Positions 18,395-27,350 of a stretch of DNA of 64,000 nucleotides are shown here, piece after piece; position 1 is the first letter of the stretch, and each line of letters begins with the position of its first letter. The DNA is taken from the NCBI GenBank assembly GCA_963934165.1, contig CAWVXH010000005.1, positions 8,910-72,909 of the forward strand, written 5' to 3'. This DNA comes from an uncultured Candidatus Poseidoniales archaeon. GTDB lineage: Archaea; Thermoplasmatota; Poseidoniia; Poseidoniales; Thalassarchaeaceae. The notes beneath the pieces are model-generated. The model did not search any database, was not told the origin of the DNA, and saw only the letters and a list, made by a program, of their open reading frames with translations. Made by a program: the position numbers and the translations under genes.

Positions 18395-18422
18395 TCAAAC
18401 AGGACTGCATATTCGCTAAGCC

Positions 18423-19646
18423 ATGCCTGAGCGAATCGACATTCTCGGTGCTGGCCTGTCAGGCCTAGCTGCTGCAACGATTCTGGCTCGTGAAGGCAAA
18501 GAAGTTCACGTTCACGATATTCGAGGAGATAGTGGAGCAAGATTCGATGGAGATTTCCAAGGAATTGAAAATTGGACTAGTGAAATCGACTTTTTCGATG
18601 AGATGCGAAGTTGGGGCCTAGATCCAGATGAATTCAAGTCAAACGGATTTGGAATCATTGATCTCATCCACCCAGACAATGTCATCACTCAACCGATTAC
18701 TGATGGCTACGCTTTCAGAGTCGTCGAGCGTGGGACGGATCCGCACTGCATTGATCAAGGATTCAAGAAAATGGCACTCTCCGCGGGAGTAAACATTCAC
18801 TACAATGTGAAAAAAAACCCAGATGAGTGCCAAATCATTGCCGCCGGACCAAAAGATTCCAGCGCAATCGCATTTGGCGAAATTTTCCACACAGACCATC
18901 CAAATCATGTCGCCTTCCAACTCAATGACAAATTGGCACCAGGAGCATATTCATACCTGATTATTATCGATGGTGTCGGTTTAATTTGCACTTGTTTGTG
19001 GCGACAACAAAAAAAATCTAGTCGTTACCTCAACGAAACCATCGCTTGGTATGATGAGCACTACGAACTCAACCGGCAGCCGATTAAACGAGTCGGCGGT
19101 AAAGGAGATTTTGTAATCCCTAGCAAATATGTTCACGATGGCAAAATCTACGTCGGCGAAGCAGGGGGATTACAGGATTTTATGTGGGGATTCGGAATGC
19201 GCTATGCAATAACAAGCGGAGTTTATGCCGCAAAATCAATCCTTGGTGAATGCGATTATGAAAAGGAGATTCGTAAACAACTCCTACCCTTAGTAAAAAC
19301 TAGTGCAACCAACCGATTTTTGATGAATCGCGTGGGAGATAGAGTATTCAAACAAATTGCAAATCATTGGATGCGAAACCAGAAGAAAACAGGTGATGGA
19401 CTGACATTCATGAAATGGGTTTACCAGCCCGGAATTTTTCGTCGAGCGCTCTGGCCAATCGTCAAACTCGGCATGCTCCGCAAAAAAACTCTAACCGATG
19501 GTAGAACCGTTCATCGCATGCCCTTTCGAAAGCCATTGGCTAGGGATGTTTGGGAGCCGAGTGAGGGTGCAAATGCCATAGGAAATCAGTGGAAAAATGC
19601 AAGAAAGGATGGGGGAAACCTGTCTTTCGGCGAAACTGATGTGTGA
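18423..19646 (+). CDS. FAD/NAD(P)-binding oxidoreductase (geranylgeranyl-reductase-like family)
   Basis: 407 aa. N-terminal RIDILGAGLSGLAAATILAREGKEVHVHD Rossmann motif. Assignment is at family level only. Confidence 0.65.
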   Translation: MPERIDILGAGLSGLAAATILAREGKEVHVHDIRGDSGARFDGDFQGIENWTSEIDFFDEMRSWGLDPDEFKSNGFGIIDLIHPDNVITQPITDGYAFRVVERGTDPHCIDQGFKKMALSAGVNIHYNVKKNPDECQIIAAGPKDSSAIAFGEIFHTDHPNHVAFQLNDKLAPGAYSYLIIIDGVGLICTCLWRQQKKSSRYLNETIAWYDEHYELNRQPIKRVGGKGDFVIPSKYVHDGKIYVGEAGGLQDFMWGFGMRYAITSGVYAAKSILGECDYEKEIRKQLLPLVKTSATNRFLMNRVGDRVFKQIANHWMRNQKKTGDGLTFMKWVYQPGIFRRALWPIVKLGMLRKKTLTDGRTVHRMPFRKPLARDVWEPSEGANAIGNQWKNARKDGGNLSFGETDV

Positions 19647-19702
19647 TTTTTATTTTCAAAACTCTCCGTTTTGTTCATTAACGAATCCTCAGTGGCGCGG
19701 CT

Positions 19703-20560
19703 ATGACATCATGGCCTAGCCTTGAACCAATGCCAAATAACCTCGTAAATTACGGTGTTACTGAAAATGGAATAGCAATTATCGAACTCGCTTCGAACTC
19801 GTCAGGTGCTCCTCTCGAAGATGGCGAGATTGGCCCGAATACCTACACTCATGAAATGATGCGAGACATAGACACAGCTGTCGTCAAGGCTCGCTTCGAT
19901 GACGATGTAACCGTCATCGTTTTCACCGGTCATGGTCAGAAATTTTTCTCGGCTGGGGCAAGTATTCAGATGTTGAATTCAGTCACTCCTGGATTCAAGT
20001 ACAATTTCTGTCTACACGCGAACGAGACCCTTTCCCGCCTTGAGCAGACACCGAAACTGGTTATCTGTGCAATCAACGGTCACGCAGTAGGTGGCGGATT
20101 AGAAATCGCAATGGCTTGCGATATTCGTATCGCTCGTAAAGATTCTGGGAAATGTGGACTTCCAGAGATTAACCTCGGTGTTCTCGCCGGAACTGGTGGA
20201 ACCGCTCGCCTAACCCGCCTCATCGGCAAGGCTCGCGCTCTCGAATACATGGTTAGCGGTGAATTAATGGCTTTTGAAAAGGCTAAGGAAATCGATCTTG
20301 TCAATGATGTATGGGACGGGTCACTCGAAGATTTCCGAAAAGACATCCTCGATTATGCAAGTCAATACACTCTGCCATTCAAGGCGACGATGGCTGTTGG
20401 AAACATCAAGCGCTCATGCCAATCCGGCCCAGAAATGCCTTTCGAATACCACCTCGCACTCGAGCGAGAGTTGCAAGCAGCACTATTCCACAGTAACGAT
20501 GCGAAGGAAGGAATTGCGGCATATGCTGAGCGCCGAACACCTCGCTTCGTCGGTAACTGA
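19703..20560 (+). CDS. enoyl-CoA hydratase/isomerase (crotonase) family protein
   Basis: 285 aa. Motifs FFSAGASIQML and AINGHAVGGGLEIAMACDIRIA (oxyanion-hole segments). Confidence 0.85.
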   Translation: MTSWPSLEPMPNNLVNYGVTENGIAIIELASNSSGAPLEDGEIGPNTYTHEMMRDIDTAVVKARFDDDVTVIVFTGHGQKFFSAGASIQMLNSVTPGFKYNFCLHANETLSRLEQTPKLVICAINGHAVGGGLEIAMACDIRIARKDSGKCGLPEINLGVLAGTGGTARLTRLIGKARALEYMVSGELMAFEKAKEIDLVNDVWDGSLEDFRKDILDYASQYTLPFKATMAVGNIKRSCQSGPEMPFEYHLALERELQAALFHSNDAKEGIAAYAERRTPRFVGN

Positions 20561-20598
20561 GATTCATATTTACAGTGTAAAAAACAGTTGGTGAAATT

Positions 20599-21741
20599 AT
20601 GACAGAAACAGAAATAGTTGAAGATTACACACCAAACTTCGAACAATGGATTAAAGATTTCAGTGAATGGCAGACTCGTATTGGTTTTGATCCTTCTTGG
20701 TTAGGCGATTATCGATTTGATATCAAATTCGATTGGGATACCGCAGGAGAAAGAATCGAATTTGGAGATTTTGAAGGAATGCCAAAATGGTCACGCCGTA
20801 TGCAAATCCCACAACAGAGCATTCGCGATGCGATCATCAGCATGGTTAGTGTCCAAGGCGATACCGAATTCGCAAGTGTTGAACAACAACATCACCTGCT
20901 CGAAACCGCACCTACCGAATACGACAAAAAATCTGCATTACGGATAATGTGCGAAGAACAACGACACGGTTGGCAAATGGCTTACCTGCTATGCACTTTC
21001 TTCGGTGAGCACGGTGTTCGTGAAGCTTCAAAATTGCTTGAGCGAAACGCTCAGGAAGGAACAAGAATTCTCGGCTCCTTCAATGCTCCAATAGACCATT
21101 GGTTGGATTTCTTCTGTTTCACTCACTTCATCGACCGAGATGGTAAATATCAATTGAAGATGTTGAGCACTTCCTCATTCAAACCTCTTGCAGCGTCTAT
21201 GGGACCAATGCTGAAGGAAGAATCATTCCATCTCGGCACCGGTGCTAACGGTTTACGCCGAATCGTCAAGCAAGGAGTGATTCCATGCTCATTACTCCAG
21301 AAATACATCAACAAATGGGTAAGCACAGGTCTCGATCTTTTCGGAACCGACGATTCGAGTTCCGCTCAATGGGCTTATGTCTATGGCGTGAAAGGACGCT
21401 ATGATGAGAGAGAGAGTGATGAGGAAGCGGACCGACTTCACCTTAATGAGGCGAGCCGTGAAATTTACTTTCAGGAATTGAACGAAGAAATGCGACGGAT
21501 TTCAGCTCCGCGTAAAGATGGTGAGCCAGAGTTGTTCATCCCATCCGACAAATTCAATCGCAGTATTGGAAAATATTTTGGAAAGAAATTCACATTAGAA
21601 GGTGAGGTATTTGAAGGCAATGAAGAAGAGTGGAAAGCATATGTTGAAGAAAATCTTCCAACCGATGCTGACGAAGATCGTTTGATGAATGATTACATGC
21701 AACAAGAATGGATTCAATACCGTGAATGGAAGGGCAACTGA
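20599..21741 (+). CDS. ferritin-like di-iron acyl-CoA oxygenase, BoxB/PaaA (PF05138-like) family
   Basis: 380 aa. Two E-x-x-H motifs, CEEQRHGW and KEESFHLG, about 88 residues apart. QGDTEFASVEQQ and FIDRDGKYQL resemble benzoyl-CoA oxygenase component B as I remember it. Confidence 0.6.
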   Translation: MTETEIVEDYTPNFEQWIKDFSEWQTRIGFDPSWLGDYRFDIKFDWDTAGERIEFGDFEGMPKWSRRMQIPQQSIRDAIISMVSVQGDTEFASVEQQHHLLETAPTEYDKKSALRIMCEEQRHGWQMAYLLCTFFGEHGVREASKLLERNAQEGTRILGSFNAPIDHWLDFFCFTHFIDRDGKYQLKMLSTSSFKPLAASMGPMLKEESFHLGTGANGLRRIVKQGVIPCSLLQKYINKWVSTGLDLFGTDDSSSAQWAYVYGVKGRYDERESDEEADRLHLNEASREIYFQELNEEMRRISAPRKDGEPELFIPSDKFNRSIGKYFGKKFTLEGEVFEGNEEEWKAYVEENLPTDADEDRLMNDYMQQEWIQYREWKGN

Positions 21742-22322
21742 GTTCATATTGTGGTGATTTGATGCAACACATAGCATTATTGGCTTTCGATAAAGAAAAA
21801 TGCAAACCATTTTTTGATGGTTTGACGGAATTTTTCAATGAGCATCATCATTCTGAATCTCAAAATTCCGATGGATACGAAACTCTACTCTACAAAGTTC
21901 ACCGACCTTACGACGATAATATGTTGGACTTGATCGATGAATGGATGGGATTACCGAAGCGTGATTGGCGAGAGGAAACCACTCGTGAAGTTAAATTAGC
22001 AATGTATGCAATTAGATATCCGGATACACTTCTTCTCGATTCGTTCACAGAAAAGGCCCGCTCCGATATAACGAGACTTTCAGCTTACCTTCACTTCACC
22101 CAACATACCTATGCGATTTGGGATGAAGATACGCGCCTAGGATTGGCTAAGTTAGGGATTGAAATTCCAGCGACCGAAGTCGCTGACCCATTCATTTACG
22201 GCGCTTATGTTTCTGCAATTGAATTGCTCAAAGATGTCGCTCCTTTCACCTGTTTCCTGGAACATGATGTACCAAGACAGAGGTTATTCCAAGCCGCACT
22301 AGCAGCATATGGACGAACTTAA
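21726..22322 (+). CDS. hypothetical protein co-transcribed with the di-iron oxygenase
   Basis: 198-aa ORF overlapping the oxygenase stop by 16 nt; ATG 21762 is an alternative start. No motif recognised. Confidence 0.45.
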   Translation: MEGQLSSYCGDLMQHIALLAFDKEKCKPFFDGLTEFFNEHHHSESQNSDGYETLLYKVHRPYDDNMLDLIDEWMGLPKRDWREETTREVKLAMYAIRYPDTLLLDSFTEKARSDITRLSAYLHFTQHTYAIWDEDTRLGLAKLGIEIPATEVADPFIYGAYVSAIELLKDVAPFTCFLEHDVPRQRLFQAALAAYGRT

Positions 22323-22346
22323 ATTCAAGCATTTCTTTTCTGTTCA

Positions 22347-23276
22347 ATGAGTTTGGCTTATGTTGCATATTCGCCTCGGCCACTCATGGACGTACGTGTA
22401 GTCACAGTCATCGGCGCTGGCACAATGGGCGCTGGTATAGCACAAGTTTGTGCTCAAACAGGTTGGGAAACCCGACTTTTCGATGCTTTTCCAGAGGGAT
22501 TGGAAAGAGGTATGGGGATTATTGATGCTTTCTGGGACAAAGGTATTGCTCGTGGAAAAACTACGGTTAAGCAAAAGGCCGAGTGGTCGGCAAATTTGAG
22601 TGCGTATTCAGATATGGCTGAAGCGGTAACTGGCACCGATTTAGTAATCGAAGCAGTTCCCGAAATTCTCAAGTTAAAGCAGAATATATTCTGTGAATTA
22701 GAAAATTTAGCACCCGTGCATGCAATACTTGCTACCAATACTTCAGGGCTTCCAATTTCGGAGATTGCTCAAGCAACCGGCTGTGCTGATAGAATCGTTG
22801 GAATGCACTTTTTTAATCCAGTTCCGATTATGAATTTACTCGAACTTATTCGCCATGACAAATGTTCTGATTCAACCATTACAGCCGCGCAGTTAATCGG
22901 TTCAGCGATGGGTAAAACTACAATTTTAGTAAATGATGTGGCTGGATTTGCAACTAGTAGACTTGGCGTCACACTAGGTAATGAAGCGATCAAAATGCTT
23001 GCTGATAGTGTTGCGAGCGCTGCTGATATCGACACAGCAATGCATCTTGGTTATCGGCATCCAATGGGACCACTCGAGTTGAGTGATCTAGTTGGATTGG
23101 ATGTTCGCAGAGATATTCTGAACAACCTCGCAGAGGCATTCAACGATGATTCCTACCGCCCTCACCCACTACTCGATGCGCTTGTAGCAGAGGGGAGTCT
23201 TGGGAAAAAATCAGGTAAGGGGATTTACGATTGGTCAACTGGTCAAAAAGTTGAGCGAAGCGATTTACCGATGTGA
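22347..23276 (+). CDS. 3-hydroxyacyl-CoA dehydrogenase (NAD-dependent, HBD/FadB type)
   Basis: 309 aa. Motifs VTVIGAGTMGAGIAQVCAQTG, TNTSGLPISEIA, HFFNPVP and GFATSRL. ATG 22386 is a possible true start. Confidence 0.88.
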   Translation: MSLAYVAYSPRPLMDVRVVTVIGAGTMGAGIAQVCAQTGWETRLFDAFPEGLERGMGIIDAFWDKGIARGKTTVKQKAEWSANLSAYSDMAEAVTGTDLVIEAVPEILKLKQNIFCELENLAPVHAILATNTSGLPISEIAQATGCADRIVGMHFFNPVPIMNLLELIRHDKCSDSTITAAQLIGSAMGKTTILVNDVAGFATSRLGVTLGNEAIKMLADSVASAADIDTAMHLGYRHPMGPLELSDLVGLDVRRDILNNLAEAFNDDSYRPHPLLDALVAEGSLGKKSGKGIYDWSTGQKVERSDLPM

Positions 23277-23281
23277 GCTGA

Positions 23282-23542
23282 ATGGAAGAAATTTGGGTCG
23301 AATCGATTGGAATTATTGCTGGAATTATTGGCGTGATCGCTTGGATTCCACAAATTCGAGAGGTCTGGATTGAGAAACACCACGAAGGTATATCACTGCC
23401 TACTTTTTATTTGGTTTCTACAGCCTTAACATTATGGTTGATCTACGGATTATTGATTGAATCGATTGCGATGATTCTCGCAAATATCGCTGCGATAGGT
23501 TGTATTCTATCGATAATAATTGGTGTCAAAAAACTGCGTTAA
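23282..23542 (+). CDS. PQ-loop / SemiSWEET-like three-helix membrane protein
   Basis: 86 aa with three hydrophobic helices and a PQ motif at the end of helix 1 (AWIPQIREVW). Confidence 0.55.
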   Translation: MEEIWVESIGIIAGIIGVIAWIPQIREVWIEKHHEGISLPTFYLVSTALTLWLIYGLLIESIAMILANIAAIGCILSIIIGVKKLR

Positions 23543-23548
23543 AATGAC

Positions 23549-24346
23549 TTATTCTTCTTCGAAAACACCGAAAACCGGTTTCCGCTTTTCAAGGAAAGCA
23601 GTTATTCCCTCAGCGAAATCCGGTGTAAGAGAAGATGCAGTGATCAATGCTCGCTCAAACTCTAATTGCGTCTCCATGAAAGTCGATGTCGATGCATCGA
23701 GAAGTTGCTTTGTAGAGCGGCGACTCATCTCAGCCCAACTACCCCATTTAGCTGCAATCGACACAGCCCTCTCGACTAAATCATCTGGCTCAGCCAGTTC
23801 ATCAACCGCGCCAAATTCGAGTGCTTGCTCACCAGTCCATGGCTTGTTATCGAAGAAAAATCGTTTTGCTCGTTGCGAGCCAACAAGCCGAGGAAGTAAC
23901 CAGGTAGTGCCACCATCAGGTGATAGTCCTAATGAGAAAAACGCCGGAGCTAACTTTGCTTGTGGCACGCAGACTCGGTAATCTGCAACTAAAGCAAGCC
24001 CGAGTCCTCCACCAGCAGCGGCACCGTTAATTGCGGCAATAAACACAGTCTCAGATCCGCGAATCTTCAATTCCAGTGGGTGTAAGATTCCAGTCAGGTT
24101 ATCGACGACTTCACCGATGGTTCCGTCGTCTATACAAGATGCAAATTCATCGATATCGGCTCCGGAGCAAAAAAACCTCCCAGTGCCGGTCATGACGATG
24201 GCTCGAACACTTAAATCATCTAACAAGCCTTCAAATATTTCAGCCATCATCTGCATAGAATCTGTCGAAAATGCATTCCGACTAGATACTGCGGAAAGAG
24301 TCACCAAAGCAACTCCGTTTTCGAGATGGTCAACGGCGAAGGTCAT
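23549..24346 (-). CDS. enoyl-CoA hydratase/isomerase family protein
   Basis: 265 aa. Motifs FFCSGADIDEF and AAINGAAAGGGLGLALVADYRV. Confidence 0.85.
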   Translation of the reverse strand: MTFAVDHLENGVALVTLSAVSSRNAFSTDSMQMMAEIFEGLLDDLSVRAIVMTGTGRFFCSGADIDEFASCIDDGTIGEVVDNLTGILHPLELKIRGSETVFIAAINGAAAGGGLGLALVADYRVCVPQAKLAPAFFSLGLSPDGGTTWLLPRLVGSQRAKRFFFDNKPWTGEQALEFGAVDELAEPDDLVERAVSIAAKWGSWAEMSRRSTKQLLDASTSTFMETQLEFERALITASSLTPDFAEGITAFLEKRKPVFGVFEEE

Positions 24347-24416
24347 GTATTGTGGGTTGGGGGCTCTCTACTTGAAATGCATGAATGTGATAAGTCGGGG
24401 CTTAATCGCCTAAGTC

Positions 24417-25835
24417 ATGTTCGCACGTGAGAAGCTGTACATCGATGGTCGATGGGTGGATGCAAGTGGTGAAGGCATCATCGAAGTCATCAATCCAGCA
24501 AATGAAGAATTGATTGGGACTATCCCCGTTGGAAACGCTACAGATATTGACAAGGCGGTCTCTGCTGCACGTCGGGCGTTTCCCAAATGGTCACAGAGTT
24601 CAATTGAAGAGAGAATCGAAATTTTAAATCGAATCTCGGCAGCAATCAAAGATCGTGGCGAAGAATTTGCTCAATTGATTACTGCCGAAGTCGGCACACC
24701 GATTAACTACTGCAGAATGGCGATGGTCGGCACGCCGAGAGTTGTTTCCCGCTCTTATGCGAAGATTTTGGAAACCTATGAATGGGAGCACGAAGTAAGA
24801 AATTCGCTAGTTGTCAAGGAACCTATCGGTGTGGTTGGCATGATTACCCCGTGGAACTTTCCGCTTCACCAAATTATTGGCAAAGTCGCTCCGGCTATTG
24901 CAGCTGGGTGTACGATGGTACTCAAACCCTCAAAAGAAGCACCTCTCAACGCTTTCATTTTAGCTGAGATTTTAGATGAAATCGGCTTACCTGCCGGAGT
25001 TTTTAATCTTGTATCTGGCCACGGCCGAGATATCGGTGAAACAATATCTGCTCATCCCGATATCGACATGGTTAGTTTCACTGGCTCTACAGGAGCCGGT
25101 GTAAGCGTCAGTGAAGGTGCAGCACCGACTGTCAAGCGCGTCACCCTTGAATTGGGTGGAAAGAGCGCAAATATTGTTCTTGATGATGCAAACTTTGGAC
25201 GTGCTGCTTCAGCAGCTGTCCATGCTTGTTTCTCTAATACCGGCCAAGAATGCTCAGCGCTGACGCGATTATTAATTCCAGAATCAAATCGTGATGAGAT
25301 CGTTGAAATTGTCGCTGCGAAAGTTGCGAACTATAGTGTAGGAGACCCTCTTGATGAATCGAATCGCTGTGGGCCAGTCGCAAGTAAAAAGCAACAAGAC
25401 ACGGTGACTCATTATATCCAAACCGCAATAGATGAGGGAGCAACACTAATCGCTGGCGGTTTGGGGAACCCAGAGGGACTAGATTCAGGATATTTTGTCA
25501 AACCAACAGCCTTCGCTGATGTCACTAGAGAAATGACTCTCTTCCGCGAGGAAGTTTTCGGCCCGGTTTTAGCAATCACCACTTTTTCAAGTATCGAAGA
25601 GGCGATTGATTTAGCCAATGATTCGGATTATGGGTTATCAGGTGGAGTTTGGTCAGGAGACGAAGAGCGAGCAATGGCAGTTGCTCGACAATTGCGAACT
25701 GGACAAGTTAGCATCAACGGTGGCGCGTTCAACACGAACGCTCCTTTTGGCGGTTACAAATTATCAGGAAATGGCCGAGAATTAGGCGAACACGGACTTG
25801 ATGAATTCCTTGAAATCAAGTCTATTCAGCGCTGA
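24417..25835 (+). CDS. NAD(P)-dependent aldehyde dehydrogenase
   Basis: 472 aa. Motifs ELGGKSANIV (catalytic Glu), FSNTGQECSA (catalytic Cys), PWNFPL and EEVFGPV. Confidence 0.9.
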   Translation: MFAREKLYIDGRWVDASGEGIIEVINPANEELIGTIPVGNATDIDKAVSAARRAFPKWSQSSIEERIEILNRISAAIKDRGEEFAQLITAEVGTPINYCRMAMVGTPRVVSRSYAKILETYEWEHEVRNSLVVKEPIGVVGMITPWNFPLHQIIGKVAPAIAAGCTMVLKPSKEAPLNAFILAEILDEIGLPAGVFNLVSGHGRDIGETISAHPDIDMVSFTGSTGAGVSVSEGAAPTVKRVTLELGGKSANIVLDDANFGRAASAAVHACFSNTGQECSALTRLLIPESNRDEIVEIVAAKVANYSVGDPLDESNRCGPVASKKQQDTVTHYIQTAIDEGATLIAGGLGNPEGLDSGYFVKPTAFADVTREMTLFREEVFGPVLAITTFSSIEEAIDLANDSDYGLSGGVWSGDEERAMAVARQLRTGQVSINGGAFNTNAPFGGYKLSGNGRELGEHGLDEFLEIKSIQR

Positions 25836-25844
25836 GGTGAGCGA

Positions 25845-26426
25845 ATGGTTGGCCGATTATTGGTCATTGCAGGGGCGAGTGGAGTCGGGAAATCGACACT
25901 GACCGCTCGGGTAGCTGCTTCACTTGAATTCGACAAAGTCGTCTCGACTGATACAATTCGAGAAACACTACGCACACAAATCTCAGTAGAGGAATCACCT
26001 GCTCTGCACCGCTCATCATTCCAACCCGGCGGCAAAGATACAATTGCGGACTGGAATGATACAATCATCCCACTTTCCGCTTCAATTTTTGCAGTAATCG
26101 AACGCGCTAAAAAGCGTGGTTCGGACTTACTTATCGAAGGGGTTCACATCGCGCCTAGTCTCAAACTTCTTGATGATTGGCGGGCTCATGGAGGCACTGC
26201 ATGTGGTGTTCTATTGGTCGTCGAAGACTCTGATGAACACCTGATGATGATTATACGTCGGCAACAGCATAATGGTCGACCAGCGCGACATTATCTCAGG
26301 CATTTTGATAGGATTCGAGAGATAAATCATCGATTGATCTCTCTAGCAAAAAAAATTGATTGGATGATAATCGATGTCACGACTGAAAATGATCCGATTG
26401 GGTTAATCGAATCAAATTTCGATTGA
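25845..26426 (+). CDS. P-loop kinase, 2-phosphoglycerate-kinase-like
   Basis: 193 aa. Walker A IAGASGVGKSTL followed by VVSTDTIRETLR, resembling the COG2074 family. Functional call is weak. Confidence 0.5.
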   Translation: MVGRLLVIAGASGVGKSTLTARVAASLEFDKVVSTDTIRETLRTQISVEESPALHRSSFQPGGKDTIADWNDTIIPLSASIFAVIERAKKRGSDLLIEGVHIAPSLKLLDDWRAHGGTACGVLLVVEDSDEHLMMIIRRQQHNGRPARHYLRHFDRIREINHRLISLAKKIDWMIIDVTTENDPIGLIESNFD

Positions 26427-26445
26427 AAGGTTTTCAAAGATGCTA

Positions 26446-27312
26446 TCAGCGACCAACCCAATCTGCCGATTTACGCTCAAGGAAGGCGGAAACACCGATT
26501 TCCTTGTCCTCCGTATCGAAAAGTGCCACGAACTCAGATCGCTCAGCGAGAACTCCTTCGCTAAATGGTAAATCCAATGCTGCGCGAACCGCTCTTTTTG
26601 CTACCTTGATTGTATATGGTGATTTTTTTGCAATATTTTCAGCCAATGCCATCGTCGTCGCCTCAAGTTCGTCTGGAGTTGCAACAGCATTAACCAGGCC
26701 GTTTTGAAGGGCTGTTTCAGCATCGACCATCTCTCCGGTCATCACCATTTCGAGGGCTTTTCCATAGCCGAGCAATCTACACAATCGTTGGGTACCTCCA
26801 CCGCCAGGAATCAAGCCGAGATTAATTTCGGGTGTGCCAAATTTCGCTCTAGTCGAAGCGACTCGAAGATCACAAGAAAGTGCTAATTCTGCTCCACCGC
26901 CAAGAGCGAATCCATCTACCATCGCGATGGTTGGCTTGGTCAAATTCCACACGCGTTCCCAAGCATTATTTTCAAAAAATGGTAAAACTTCGTCAGAACT
27001 TTTACCAGTAAATTCTGAAATGTCAGCACCCGCTGCAAAGGCAGCTGGTTTAGGCCTCTTTCCTTCCGGAGCTGGTAGCGGCGCAGCACCACGGATAACA
27101 ACCACACGAACATTGTCGTTGGCTTCCGCACGAGAACAAGCATCTCTCAATAACTCATGCGATTCAGCATTAAGAGCATTCAGTTTACTAGGTCGGTTGA
27201 GAGTCCATACCGAAATCACTCCACCTGCAGGGCTAGAGCCCTCAACCAGTATATCATTTACCAACAAAACATCCTCGCTCATCGTATCGACGGAGAGGCG
27301 TTCGGGCTTCAA
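26446..27312 (-). CDS. enoyl-CoA hydratase/isomerase family protein
   Basis: 288 aa. Motifs AFAAGADISEF and MVDGFALGGGAELALSCDLRVAS. Confidence 0.85.
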   Translation of the reverse strand: MKPERLSVDTMSEDVLLVNDILVEGSSPAGGVISVWTLNRPSKLNALNAESHELLRDACSRAEANDNVRVVVIRGAAPLPAPEGKRPKPAAFAAGADISEFTGKSSDEVLPFFENNAWERVWNLTKPTIAMVDGFALGGGAELALSCDLRVASTRAKFGTPEINLGLIPGGGGTQRLCRLLGYGKALEMVMTGEMVDAETALQNGLVNAVATPDELEATTMALAENIAKKSPYTIKVAKRAVRAALDLPFSEGVLAERSEFVALFDTEDKEIGVSAFLERKSADWVGR

Positions 27313-27350
27313 TTTACGCGTAAGCGAACTTGGAATTCAAGGTCGGGAAC

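Noticed and set aside
23520-23981. 153-aa + strand ORF, and similar antisense ORFs (3613-3882, 14730-15137, 26834-27361, 49881-50414, 41235-41651)
   Set aside because: Each lies entirely antisense to a CDS with strong family motifs and has a biased, low-complexity translation.
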